Part shown: piece by piece, positions 51,273-62,978 of the stretch
Layout: each line of letters starts with the position of its first letter
How positions within the stretch are numbered: position 1 is the stretch's first letter
Origin: Botryllus schlosseri
Taxonomy: Eukaryota
DNA: 64,000 nucleotides
Assembly (NCBI GenBank): GCA_051294905.1
Contig: CM119372.1
Span: 21,638,001-21,702,000 of the forward strand
Reading direction: 5' to 3'
The notes under the pieces: model-generated
Told to the model about the DNA's origin: nothing
Database searches by the model: none
What the model saw: only the letters and a program-made list of their open reading frames with translations
Made by a program: the position numbers and the translations under genes

Positions 51273-51969
51273 ATTGCAACAATAGGGGGGCTTGGCGGCA
51301 TTCCTGTAGTAACAATGTAACTGACCGATATATATTAGGTTATAAATATCGGTTATATATATAGGTTTGCGAGTTCTTCTATGCACAGATGTTTACTCAA
51401 ACACGGAGTATATTTAGAGAAAATAAAGACGTTGTTAGGGTAGCGGTTATAAATGAGTCTGCGAGTATTTCTCAGTTCTCGCGGAAGTAGGCTACTTGAC
51501 AAACGGATAAAATGACGTCACGGCATACATTGCGTAACGATAGCTGGGCAATAATATGACACATGTTGTACGTTGTCGAGGTATATATCGGGATAACAAT
51601 CCTAAGTCCAATTCAAGGTGACACAGTCAACTGCAGTATTCAATGTGCTTGACAAATACTACGGTCATTTACACTAGGCCAATTCTCTTCATCCTTATTC
51701 CGCAGTTGGCGACTTGTAGGGTACCAACTTCTAGTTTTATGAGGCACCAGTTACACGGATCAGATGGCGAGGAGGAGCCTAGGCAAACCTCCAACACTTA
51801 GATAGGAATTCTGGAGTCGACCTCGGTCGACCTCGAACCCGGAACTCATTGGTGTAGCAGTTGTGGATTATACTACCATACGCTACCTCGCCACGGGATC
51901 GTTGAAACAATACGTAAAGACCGAACAATACGAGATGGAACTGCGAGCGGTGTAGGCCTATGTTCCCAC

Positions 51970-52066
51970 CGAGCCATAATTCTCCATCTTTGTTTCCGAA
52001 TCCAATAGCGTAATCATTCCAACCCCGATAGAAATCTACAGATCCATCCATGCGGCGCTGAAACAC
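51970..52066 (-). CDS. Fibrinogen-related domain exon
   Basis: TTCTTCAG|GTG ... CTC G|GTGGGA, 97 nt; [33 protein letters not shown] is the canonical FReD motif. Confidence 0.92.
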
Positions 52067-52148
52067 CTGAAGAAACATTTGCCCGATATTCGTCCATGTC
52101 TCGTCGTACCAATCTTTGCGTGTACGGCGCATGCGTACCGCTCATTAC

Positions 52149-52291
52149 GTGAGGGAAGAAGATCTTGCTATTGTTTCTATGATTAGCAATGACGTCCATA
52201 CAGTATGCGTCGGACAAACACTTGAGTTTCGAAACCGTGTGGATTGTTCGAGAATCAATCGTGACGACGTCATCATAGATAATAAAATAAC
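52149..52291 (-). CDS. Probable ficolin-like internal exon (atypical linker)
   Basis: ATTTTTAG|GT TAT ... CCT CAC|GTAATG, 143 nt open, phase 1 to 0, followed by an 82-nt intron in phase with the VFQRR exon. Confidence 0.5.
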
Positions 52292-52506
52292 CTAAAAATT
52301 AAAATATATTACTTTTATGTGACCACAAAGAATTCCGTACCTCCTAGTAACTTTTAACCAAAAAAAGAACTTTGTATATGGCAACCGAAAATATACAATA
52401 TATAATAGCAGTTTATAACAATGCTTCATGCTGATCGCCACTTTACAGAATAATAATTTTGATGAAAATACGAAAGCTTCCAACTTTATTGTTGCGGAGT
52501 ACCTGG

Positions 52507-52870
52507 TAGTGCGGAGCATGGACTGGAGCCGGATTGGATATCTGGCCTAATTTTTTTCAATTTTGACCGCAGCCGGATCAATACTATTTTTATATGGCCA
52601 GAATCTTTATTGATAAGCATTACTTTTGTAACTAAATAACTACCAACCAACCACAGGCAAGTGACCGCCAAGCCAGTGCGAAAATAAACGAGCCATATTT
52701 ATAAATTCACGGAACCATCGTACCGTGTAGGGCGCAGCATGGACCGGAACCGGATTGGTTATCCGGTCGGAATTTATCATGTCTGGCCGGACTCGGATCG
52801 GAGCCGCACCAGAGAATTGAAAAACAGGATCGGAGTAGGACCGAAGAATTGGTCGACTCGCTCCGCACTA
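52507..52870. mobile_element. hAT MITE with CCGGA(T/G) arrays
   Basis: TIRs TAGTGCGGAGC / GCTCCGCACTA; perfect TSD GTACCTGG; partial relatives at about 24925-25075 and 26250-26307. Confidence 0.9.
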
Positions 52871-52964
52871 GTACCTGGAAGCAGAACTGTGGCTGAAAAA
52901 ATATCCAGCGAAACTTCATATGTGCTGGTGCTTTGTCAACACGTGACCACGAAATACATGTTCA

Positions 52965-53141
52965 ACAGCAGCAATTGTAATTGTAATTGTAATGTAATTG
53001 AAGCATGCAAGGAGTAATTGTAATTGTAATTGTAATTTGATATTTTTAGCATGGAGTAATTGTAATGTAATTGAAACATTCATGAAAGTAATTGTAATTG
53101 TAATTGTAATTGAACTGAAATAATGTAATTGATCCAACTCT
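52965..53141. repeat. GTAATT-array MITE-like element
   Basis: Clusters of (GTAATT)n ending in ...GTAATTGATCCAACTCTG. Confidence 0.6.
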
Positions 53142-55413
53142 GGTGTGCACTAAGTTTTTCCGTCGGGCACCATGTGAAGCAGAACATACGTTGGCGGGCC
53201 GAGACAAAAAGATTTTCACTGTTCTGCGGCAGGCAGTTTTATTTCAAAATTGAAAGCGATGAATGACAATGTCAAGACATTCTGCTAAGTGCATGCGTTA
53301 ATATTAGGCTGCGTCCCCAGCTCTATGTGGCTTAGTAAAATAGCCTTGCTCTTTTGCTAGCTTCGTATCGATTTTTCTCATATTCCCGAATCAAATTATA
53401 TTCCTGCTCGGAGGCCTGCTCGTTTCTCGCCATAAACTAAAAATATCGATTCGCGGCTGCAAAAAAATATTTAGTGCTCCATATCTTGTTGAAATATCGG
53501 CATTCAGTCTCATCATTCATCACTTGACATAAGTTCGTTTATGAGTGAGGATGACTGCCGATCACATGCACTGGTTGTAATATTTTACGAAATAGGATTT
53601 GGAAGCGTATGCCATATAACAGTTGAAAGCACAGACCTGGTAAGAAACAAGATTTTAACTTGAATAGGGAAACAGTGACTTGTAGCTTTAGCTGTTACGG
53701 CATGATTTGCTACATTGGCTTTATTTTGAACCTGGATTTCTCGCGACGTACGATTTTTCAGACCCGTTTCAGAGGCTGTGTTTTCATCTGTGCGAAATGC
53801 CAATATTTCCAGTAACACCAATTACCGGATAAAATGTTGCTCGTATGGAAAATAATAGAATATTACTTTTCTATAGTGTCCTGGGTAGATTAAATTTATC
53901 AAGGTGTCCTGCAAAGATGAATTCCCGTGAATTTCAACTTAACACGGACGTGTCTTATACCGGTCATGTACGTATATGTTGTCTAAGTCGGAATCGAGAT
54001 TATCCAAAATTAACCAATCGATATTTCAGGTGACTCAACATAGTGAAGTCATACATTCAGCACGCGTTTGGCAGTAACATCTTCGATTTAACGAATGTAA
54101 AAAAGCACTTCTACTTTTATGACTTCCGGTAGATTTTGCCTACTTACACCTCTTCATCAAGTGGTTGTGGTTTAGACTGGTGCTCTTCAACCGATGTACA
54201 CGGTGTATCCTGCAAAAATTATGCGGCTCATCGACCAAATCTACTTTTTTGGAATTATTTACTTGAGTAAAGTTCTGACCTTTCAGTTTCTAATTTCTCT
54301 TGAAATAGTTTTGTCATGTCTTGGAAATTGCTACTTCTACTTGTAATTGGGTAAAATTTATGGACTCAATTATATGTGTACTTGAGTAGTAACTAATGTG
54401 GAAACGTCTGTTCATGTTGCTCTTGATATTTCGAGCACGTGTTGATTATATGTGTAACTCCAAGTTAACAATATAACTCACCACCCAATCCTGATCTGTC
54501 TTTGTTTGGTTCTGAAATAGCTGCAGAGCTGTGACAACGTAAGATAATTATTTTGAAATTTCGGAAGATCATACTAGAATAATAATTTACTTCTATATCT
54601 CATACCTCCGTAAATATTTCCTGCACCTAGCATGCATAGCATTATATGAGATATATATCATTATTTAGCGTTGGCATTGGAGAATTCCGGGTGTTCGAAC
54701 TATGAAAAACAAACCTGTCAGTTTCTGTGGGCCAATGAGTGAATTCTAAAAACACTTGAGAAAACGTGATCTCTGTATATGGAACATTTTAACGGATTGC
54801 AAAATCAACGCTGTGCGCCATTACTCCACGATAATACTGCATATACAATAAATGAACTGCAAGTTTATGAAGTACAAATGACTACTATTTAACAGTAAGT
54901 GTAGATCAGTAAGTGTACTGATTTTTTTTAGGCATCCAAGGAAACATGGACTGGATATACCTATTACCAAACGATAGTATGTCATAAATATTGAAATCTA
55001 TGATAGCGAAATGAGTTATAATCATTAAGAGTTTCTCGCTCCGTTTTGTATTCATTCCAAATAATCAGCCTAACATCGCACCCTCAAAGATGATGTCTCG
55101 CAACATTCGGGCATGCAATCACCTCCTGTTCAGAACAGTGTCTTTTTCGTATGACTTGACTTGACTCGAGTCACTTTACAAAAATCACGTGACTTGACTT
55201 GGCGTTTCAGAAATTTGGATTGTCTCTTGAATTGAAACAAAATTTACGAGTCAATTCATGGTCGACAGTCTGCTATACGTGACTCCATGCATTGCCGAAA
55301 TATATGTAAGACTATTTTCGGCGATATATTAAGTAAGTGCGCTAGCCGGCTGTGTAGTCAACAACAACCGAGTTGCTATTAATGTTCTCTTAATGTTCTC
55401 TTTCCTGTTTTAC

Positions 55414-55698
55414 AATTTCTTGTATTGCAGTCTCATTCATTTCTCCCGGTGGACCCCTTGGTCCTGGCAATCCGTCTCCTGGCGGTCCTCTGGGTCCAGG
55501 GGAGCCAATTCCCGGAGGGCCTCTGGGGCCGGGAGTTCCCATCGGACCAGCCTTGCCCACTCTTGGACTGGCACCCATATCTGCACTAGGACCCAACAAG
55601 GAGGCACAATGCTGGCATACCAACTCTTGAAATGTTGTAACGTCATTGTGCGCCGTGACAAGACCCGTCAGGAAAACGAGAAAATAAGTGGGGTACAT
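55414..55698 (-). CDS. Ficolin-like gene, first coding exon: signal peptide, CxxC, short collagen repeat
   Basis: TTTCAG|[18 protein letters not shown] (hydrophobic signal), CQHC, then about 11 Gly-X-Y triplets with two interruptions ([40 protein letters not shown]). The 3' boundary is uncertain; the ORF runs to a stop at 55390. Confidence 0.75.
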
Positions 55699-56940
55699 CT
55701 GAAATTGAGACGAAGACGACTTTTTTTTTAGCACAAAATCATGTTATTAATATGACATACAGAATGATCAATTATTTCACCGATGCACGATGGATAACCC
55801 CTAACCAACGAATATACAATGCGTAACATAACCGCACGTCATCTCGCATTGCATGTGCATTGTGCATACCACACGGGTAGGTTTGGAACTGTGAAGCATC
55901 CTATGTCCTCGTTGTGGTTTTATCACCGCGATTCGTGTTGGTTTTTTTCGCATTCCTTCGGTGCATTGAAGGCCTCAATCGGCACGCTAATCAACAAAAC
56001 GCTAAACTCAAGATTGTTACGAGAGGAGCGCACGGAAGAAGACGTCACAAAATCGTTCTTGCGATTTCGACGTCATTCCGGGAATGAACGATGAGACCCC
56101 AGCAGCAAAAACGGAAACATTTTACCGCTGAATCATGTTGGGCCTAGGGTGATACTCAGTTTGATCGCATGAGTTCGAAACTTCTACGAGTCTATACCAG
56201 CTGGAGTTGGATATACTTCAAGCAGTTGCAGTAGATACATCTTGTATATTTCGAATCTCATTGTGCCTGCGCTGAGACTTATAGATTGACACTTCATACT
56301 GCAAATATAGTATAACAGCGGTATACGAATTTCTGTACAGGTGTTGTATATCAGCATTTCGATCGTATAAATTATCGGTTAACATTTCATTTGCGATATC
56401 GTAAGCAAAGTAACGACTATAGTAACACAAATTCAATATATCTTTAAAATTTTAATGACTTCATTCGATGGCTGGTAGTTGTATACAGCGGCCTACATTC
56501 TGTTCTTTAATAAAAAATATAATAATCATTTTTCTGTAATTGATCGTTAAATAAGGCGTGAATGCTACCAGGGTCCTAATTTATCTACATCGTCTGCCAT
56601 CGACGCAACGCAACGAAGATAAGAACTCACCATCAATAGTACCCAAATTATTTCTTGGGCTTCATATTATCGAGTTTTAGTATTTTTAATGTTAGTTTGG
56701 TTCTGAAATAAGTAAAAGCGTAAAATACGATAGAAAATTGCATATCTTGTTAGCATAAGGACAGGCAAAATACCATATCTCATCGCTAATAGGCAGGCAC
56801 GCGTCTCTAGTACTTAATTAATTTCGAACAAATATAGCGGTAGCCGAATGTGTGTTACCATCATGGGTATGCTATCTTTTCACAAAATCGAACAGAAATG
56901 TTGATGAGGCTATACAAGCTCGAAGCAAAAAAATGACATG

Positions 56941-56941
<1 letters not shown>

Positions 56942-56986
<45 letters not shown>
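56942..56986. repeat. (CAG)15 microsatellite
   Basis: 15 perfect CAG units. Confidence 0.97.
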
Positions 56987-56987
<1 letters not shown>

Positions 56988-57636
56988 TGTATTTGCAGGG
57001 TAATTGCTGAAAAATGCTTTGCAATTCCAGCCATGAAAAAAATGACACTCAAAAATAACAACTTCCGTAGTTAAGCAGCTGTATGGGACTATCATATTCG
57101 CTCAGGGTGTATTTTGTTACATGGATTCCGCGAAGACAAATGAGACGGAAAACGTGCTTTTGAGTTGTACCGTGACTTGGATTGACAGAACAGAAGTACA
57201 ACGTGAAAACATCTATTCACGTCAGCAGTGTTATACATCCGACCCGAAAAGCAATTCTGAGTAATTGGGAAAATGCTTGACCTATACATGTTATCCAGTA
57301 CATTTCCAATAGAAGTGGAGATTTTTGATGACATACTTTCACACAAGTCATTCGGGTTACAGAATTTGAGCATTACATTAAACAATATCGTCATATTTTT
57401 AATTTGCTCAATTTATTAAAGCTTTAAAGAGCTATCTCTCATGATAGCAACAAACAATATATTCATATTGCCAAAGTTATTTCACTCGAAGCTTTTCGAC
57501 TGACTCTAATCAGGAGAGGACGCCAGTAAATGTTGTTAACGAAGATAGAAATATGGAAATAATTTTGTTGATGTGACGTAATAATGACAGAGAGTACTCA
57601 AGCACACAGAATCGCGAACGCCAATAACAAACGTAC

Positions 57637-59261
57637 CCCAGGTAGCACGCCTACTTGGGTACCACAAGGTATCAAGGTGAGATTAATTGTGGTAACCAGC
57701 TGGTGAAACCAATCGGGAACCGTACATTTTTGGCTCCATATTACAGAGGTATTTTCTGGGGAACCATGTGGGTAACCCACCAAGCTAATATCGAAGACAA
57801 TATTACGGCCCCGGTCCTTGTGGCAGTAGCAGTGACAGTGTAAGTGGGCCTAGAATTCGATGTAGACATGTGCTATGGCGATGTTAGGTAAACCCTACAC
57901 GTTAGTTAACTTTAACATTGTATACTGTACTGTACGTACCTGCTAACAACACTCACTCACACCAAACAATATATACGGTAATCTGAGTATATAATAACCT
58001 TTACGGTGGGTGAGTGAGGCCATCATCACTGTTTAAGTGTAATCGTTAAGTTATATTTTCAACTGAACAAGACACACACAATGTACAATGCGATAAGATA
58101 CAAAGCGATGTCATGAACAGATAGGAGGATGCCGATCGATGCGCAGTTGCCTTGCCGTCTTTTAGACTGACATCTACCTCGGCTTAGAGTGCCCGCCGTC
58201 ACAGTTACTCTCGATGTTGATCATTTTCGAGGCCTCGGCCCTTGCTAGCGATTACCATAACTTGTGAGTGCATTCTTTCGTCGAGTCATTCTCGGGTCTC
58301 ATGTCGCAAGAAGAGGAGCCCGGACAAACCTCCAACGGGAGTCGAACCGAGGCCGCCCGATTCTTAGGCGCTCATCGTCACCAGTACCCGAATTCAATTC
58401 ATATGGTGGTGAAATTCAATTTGGAAATGTCCCAGCGACCAGCATCGCAAATGAATAAATCGGAAACCGATTATAATATGACTTTACTATATAGATGAAC
58501 AAACCTTGCTGTAGGAAAATATAATAGAAGCATCTATTTCGGAAAACTACTCGGTCACATGTGGGAGCCGTATGAAAAGTCGACCATTCTTCATTGACGA
58601 AAATAACAAGTTCCAATTATTTGATCACAGAAATTTTACGAGTAAAATTAATCCTAAGTTAAAAATAATAGATACAGATAAGGGATAAAGGTAATGGGAT
58701 CTACGCAAGAAAATTATACCGCACGCTGTGAGGAATTGAGTACTCTAGCAACGGAAATTTAAGTTCACTTCAGTGTGACAAACGGTCAATTTTAAATATT
58801 TCAAATCACATTGACGAAGTAAAGCATGGTAGGGGTTTTAATGTTCGAGGTTCGAGCAACCAACAGGGATAGCATGATAGCTAGAAAACTTTACTACATA
58901 TGGAACCACCTTTATTATTCGATGAAATAAACCAAATAACATTGATGGAAAATAAGGTTGGTTCCTGTGTGGGTGATATATGGGAAATCAGAGCTCCTCC
59001 ATAAGTGGATTTCTCATGTTTCAAGATGATTTGATATCAAAAACTCAACAAGTAAAACTCCCCCGAGTTCAAATTGATAGGTACGATTAGAAAAGACTTA
59101 TTGCAATCTACCTGGGATTGGTATGGTATAACCACGCATCTTTATGGATGGAAATCCCGCTTGGTTTCGATGTGGGTTGCATGTTACTAACCCATTCCGA
59201 TCATCCATCCCACCTAACCACTAAAATTCCACCTGGATACCAAGTGGGCGTGCTAGCTGGG
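57637..59261. mobile_element. Non-autonomous EnSpm/CACTA-type DNA transposon
   Basis: TIRs CCCAGGTAGCACGCCTACTTGG / CCAAGTGGGCGTGCTAGCTGGG; 2-bp TSD AC on both sides; GGTAAC/CCAC-rich subterminal repeats. Confidence 0.75.
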
Positions 59262-59562
59262 ACCCGAGCAGTAATGTAATGGTATAACATCCATAGACGA
59301 ATTAGGCTATAAATAACTGAAAGCAACAACACAACATCAATGAACTATTCCCAGGGTATACAAACGTTCATTCTGGTGTAAGAGGATAGGCTGTTGCAGC
59401 TTTACAACAGTTGTTGTTGCTGTTACTATATTGTAATATGGTGCTCGGCAGCAACGACCTTGTGCTCCAGGTCGATTGTATTTCCATTTTTCTATTAACT
59501 GTATGTTCCAGTCAGCAAAACAATTTCTATTGTTGGGGAAATTGTGGCAGGAGGGCTTAGGA

Positions 59563-60217
59563 CAGGGGTGGCCAACCTTTTCGGCCAAAAGGCCACATGC
59601 AATTGACGAACCATTGCGCGTGCCACTAATTTTGTCAATGCTTATAGGTCAATAATATTGTTACTTGAGTATATTGCGGGTCTGCTGTATATGGCTAAGG
59701 GCTCAGTTTCAAAGGAATGGACTGGAGATGTCGATTCGAAAGCTTCGGCCAACATGCGTCAATAATTTTGTGCCTATAGCTTTCATCGTAGACGGTCTTT
59801 CTGCGAGCGTAAAGGCAAGGTAGCATGTTGGATGACACTTTCTCTCGTAATTGCGAATTAAGTTCGACTCAATCTGGTACATTGGGCGTTCTTTCATTTT
59901 CAGGAGGGGGAAATAGTATTAAAAGCAAGAAATCGAGTGACAACATATTGCGGGAAGCGGGAAGAAAATCTATTCTATAGATAAATCCGCAGAATATTTT
60001 ACTTTGTTGTAATGAACGAAGGTGTACCAAAAATGTGACTGGCTCATGGATCTGCAAATGTGTCGGAACTGATATTTTAATCGTCACATCCCAAGTATTG
60101 CGGCCAGACTAATCAAATTTTTGGTTGGCCTTGCAAGTTTACAATCTGGGCAATCCATTTTTGATGATACTACTGATTCCGAAAATTAATTCGCGGGCCA
60201 CGGGTTGACCGCCCCTG
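59563..60217. mobile_element. hAT MITE
   Basis: CAGGGGTGGCCAACC ... GGTTGACCGCCCCTG; perfect TSD GCTTAGGA. Confidence 0.9.
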
Positions 60218-60275
60218 GCTTAGGATGTTTTCTATAGAGAATGACACGCCTTCTTGTCTGGCTGCACATTAAAGG

Positions 60276-61443
60276 CAGACATGGACTACTAGAAATTTTT
60301 AAGCTTTTTCAAATTAGATTGGAATTAGAATCAGAGCTACACAGTTGTTTCCAAATTGCATTAGAATTAGAATTGCTGAATTCGCAAAAACTTGGAAATT
60401 AAATGAAATTGTGAATGAGAAAGAAATACCGCAAAAATTAAATTCACTTTATATCAAATCACAGTGAATTTCGATAAGCATGAAAATGGTTAACGTCTGT
60501 ACACCAAGATTGGCTCGTTTTGCACTACAGACTACCAGGGCCACCGACACGCGGCCCGTTTATGACCATGATATTTCTTGTTGTATTTGTACTTTTTTAA
60601 TTTTGTACTTTATTAGGCCTACTTCTTTTGTGGTAACCATGCCCATCGGCCATATGTTATTGAGCATGGCGTTGTACTAACGTAAAGTTCTTAAATTGTG
60701 GTTGCTCAAGTGTGTGGCCTATTTTGTCTCGATATTGCATTTTTGCGGTCCGCGGCCTCTACGAATTCTGAAAAGCGACCCGCTACGCGTTTTGAGTATG
60801 CGACCCATGCGTTACACAGTTCCCCTGCATGTCTGGAATCCTTGAGATGAGGACCACGAGTTTCTCTTTTCCAGTTACTCAAAACATCACAGTCCATGCT
60901 CTCATGCTCTGCTGCGGAATATCTTTCCACGTCATCGTCTAATATATTTTCTTTGGTTTGATCGGAAACAATCGCCCTCTTTGTTCTTGATGTAGTTGAG
61001 GGCATGAAAGTGAACAAAGCCTGTGTTTCTTTGCTGCTGTTCTTTTGTGATTGAAACTGGAAGGCTGTTCGCAGACTACAAGCTACTATACTAGCATGGC
61101 TATTATTCGTCATAATACCTGTTATGACTGCACGGTGCAAGTAATATGATGGCGGCTTCGCATTGGCTTTCCCTACGCTTGAGGGATATTTTTGTTTACT
61201 CGCTGCAAAATGCCGCGGACAAAGGGACATTTTCCGGAAAACAATAAATTACATTACAATTAGAGTTAAAGTATAGAAATATTTAACAAATTAGATGAGA
61301 ATTAAAGCATAGGAACATTTCTCAAATAAGATTAGAATTAGAGAATAGGAACATTTCTCAAATTAGATTAGAATTAGATTACAGTCATTTTGCTATAATT
61401 TAGCGAAATTAGACTACTATAATTATATAGTTGTCCAAGTCTG
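60276..61443 (-). mobile_element. Second, inverted copy of the CTAATT-array hAT element
   Basis: Reverse complement aligns along the length of 39573-40745, including the nested MITE and MDCDVLSNWKR remnant. Confidence 0.85.
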
Positions 61444-61472
61444 ATTCCCGGTACACCCCATTCGCCCGAATA

Positions 61473-61680
61473 TCAGAGGTAGTGGATGAGGAAATGCTCA
61501 ACAGTTTCTCGTTGCTGACAAGTACGACATATATAGTCCGTCCTCGCGACTTCCAATTCGAAGCATAGGTGGTGAGCTATTAGGCGGTGCCCAATCTGTA
61601 AGCGTATACGAGGATTGACGATTGGATTCGTGACTATAGCGAAAAAAAACAGTGTTTTCGTTGCGCTGCGAGAAAACACT
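61473..61680 (-). mobile_element. LINE ORF2 C-terminal zinc-knuckle fragment
   Basis: CRTCQQRETVEHFLIHY matches the CxxC...ETxEH motif at the end of I/Jockey-type ORF2. Confidence 0.55.
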
Positions 61681-61686
61681 TTATAA

Positions 61687-61960
61687 CTTCAATCAATCAG
61701 TTATATTAATATTTTCATCATTTCAAAACACCACAAAACTGCGATACAGTGAAAATATAGGAATGTGTCGAAACGACTTGGAGTAGTCCTTGGGATCAGA
61801 CACACACATTGGCCCAGAATTGAAGAAGAGGCATGCACACTGAATGAAAAGTAAAGAAGAGAATATAAAAGGCAAGCGACAAAATGAGGTAGCATGTGGC
61901 GGAAGGCGAGATTGATGTTAGGTCGCGGTCCGGTAATCCTGAAGGCTGAGAAGTATATTG
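61687..61960 (-). mobile_element. 3' end of the same CR1/L2 family
   Basis: Reverse complement aligns by eye to 35340-35585, including the (GATT)n tail; a shorter tail copy lies at about 21575-21640. Confidence 0.75.
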
Positions 61961-62810
61961 ATTAAGAATAGTATTCAAATTATTATGCCAAGCATCAGTG
62001 GTATGTATATAAGTTATAGAGTGCCGAAAGAATATAATGTAGATATATGTGCTCGCTTTGCTATTATATAACTTAGGTCTCAGAAGGTCCCCCGGCCTTA
62101 CAAAATGATTGAATCTATTTTATTAATCAAATGTATAGTCCGAAAGTACGTCAGTTTCAGTAAAGTATTGCTTCACATCTACCGCGTTTTTTGATTTGGT
62201 GAGTTCGTTCAGGGCTGCGGCCATATAATATTATTTTATGTTGTGACTGATATGATTTGTTTTTTTACAATAACAAATTTCGGGTGTCCTCGATTTTAGC
62301 TAAATATTTTTTATTCCTCACGGGCAGGGTTGCATGTAAAAGAAGATGTATTTCAAGCACTTTGTTCAAAACCCGTTAAGATAATGTTTTAAATAAATGT
62401 CATTCGAATACAAGTCATAAGATTCGTGATGTCAAGGTGAAACAAAGTCGAAGGTCACGCCATAACATTCGTGGCGTGTCATGTTTGACGTGTTAAAACT
62501 GATGTTACGCATTAATCAACCCATTTATATTGACTTCATATTGTACCTGTGCGACTACTACGCTACATGTCGCGACGGGACTATCACAAATCTAATTTCC
62601 TCTATAATACGCAACAGGTCGAAATTCAATTCTTGTCCTCTCATAACTGTATGCCATGCGCGTGGCGACAGCGTATTGGTAGCCTATGTAGTCCACAGTT
62701 GCAACATCAATGGGTTAGAGCCTGACCGAGGTCGACTCCAGAATTCCTACCTATAAGTGCTGGAGGTTTATCTAGGCTCGTCCTGGCGATCTCCTCCGTG
62801 GAAGCGATGT

Positions 62811-62978
62811 TTGTTTGTTTGTTTTTTGGGGTATTCATGGTGTTTGTCGACTACTATGGTCATTTACACCAGGCCGATATTCTTTGTATTTTCCTTAACT
62901 GTCGACTTATAGCACGGCCCACCTCTAGGCTTTTGTAAGACACCGCTGACGCGGATGAGGTGACGAGGAGGGGCCTAG
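62811..62978 (-). mobile_element. SINE or 5'-truncated LINE 3' end with TSD
   Basis: (AAAC)n tail; 13-bp TSD GTGGAAGCGATGT at 62798-62810 and 62979-62991; sister copies at 62995-63136 (+) and 21420-21550 (-). Confidence 0.8.

Noticed and set aside
56861-57095. PolyQ/polyA/polyL ORFs over the CAG repeat
   Set aside because: The ORFs exist only because the repeat lacks stops; there is no gene context.
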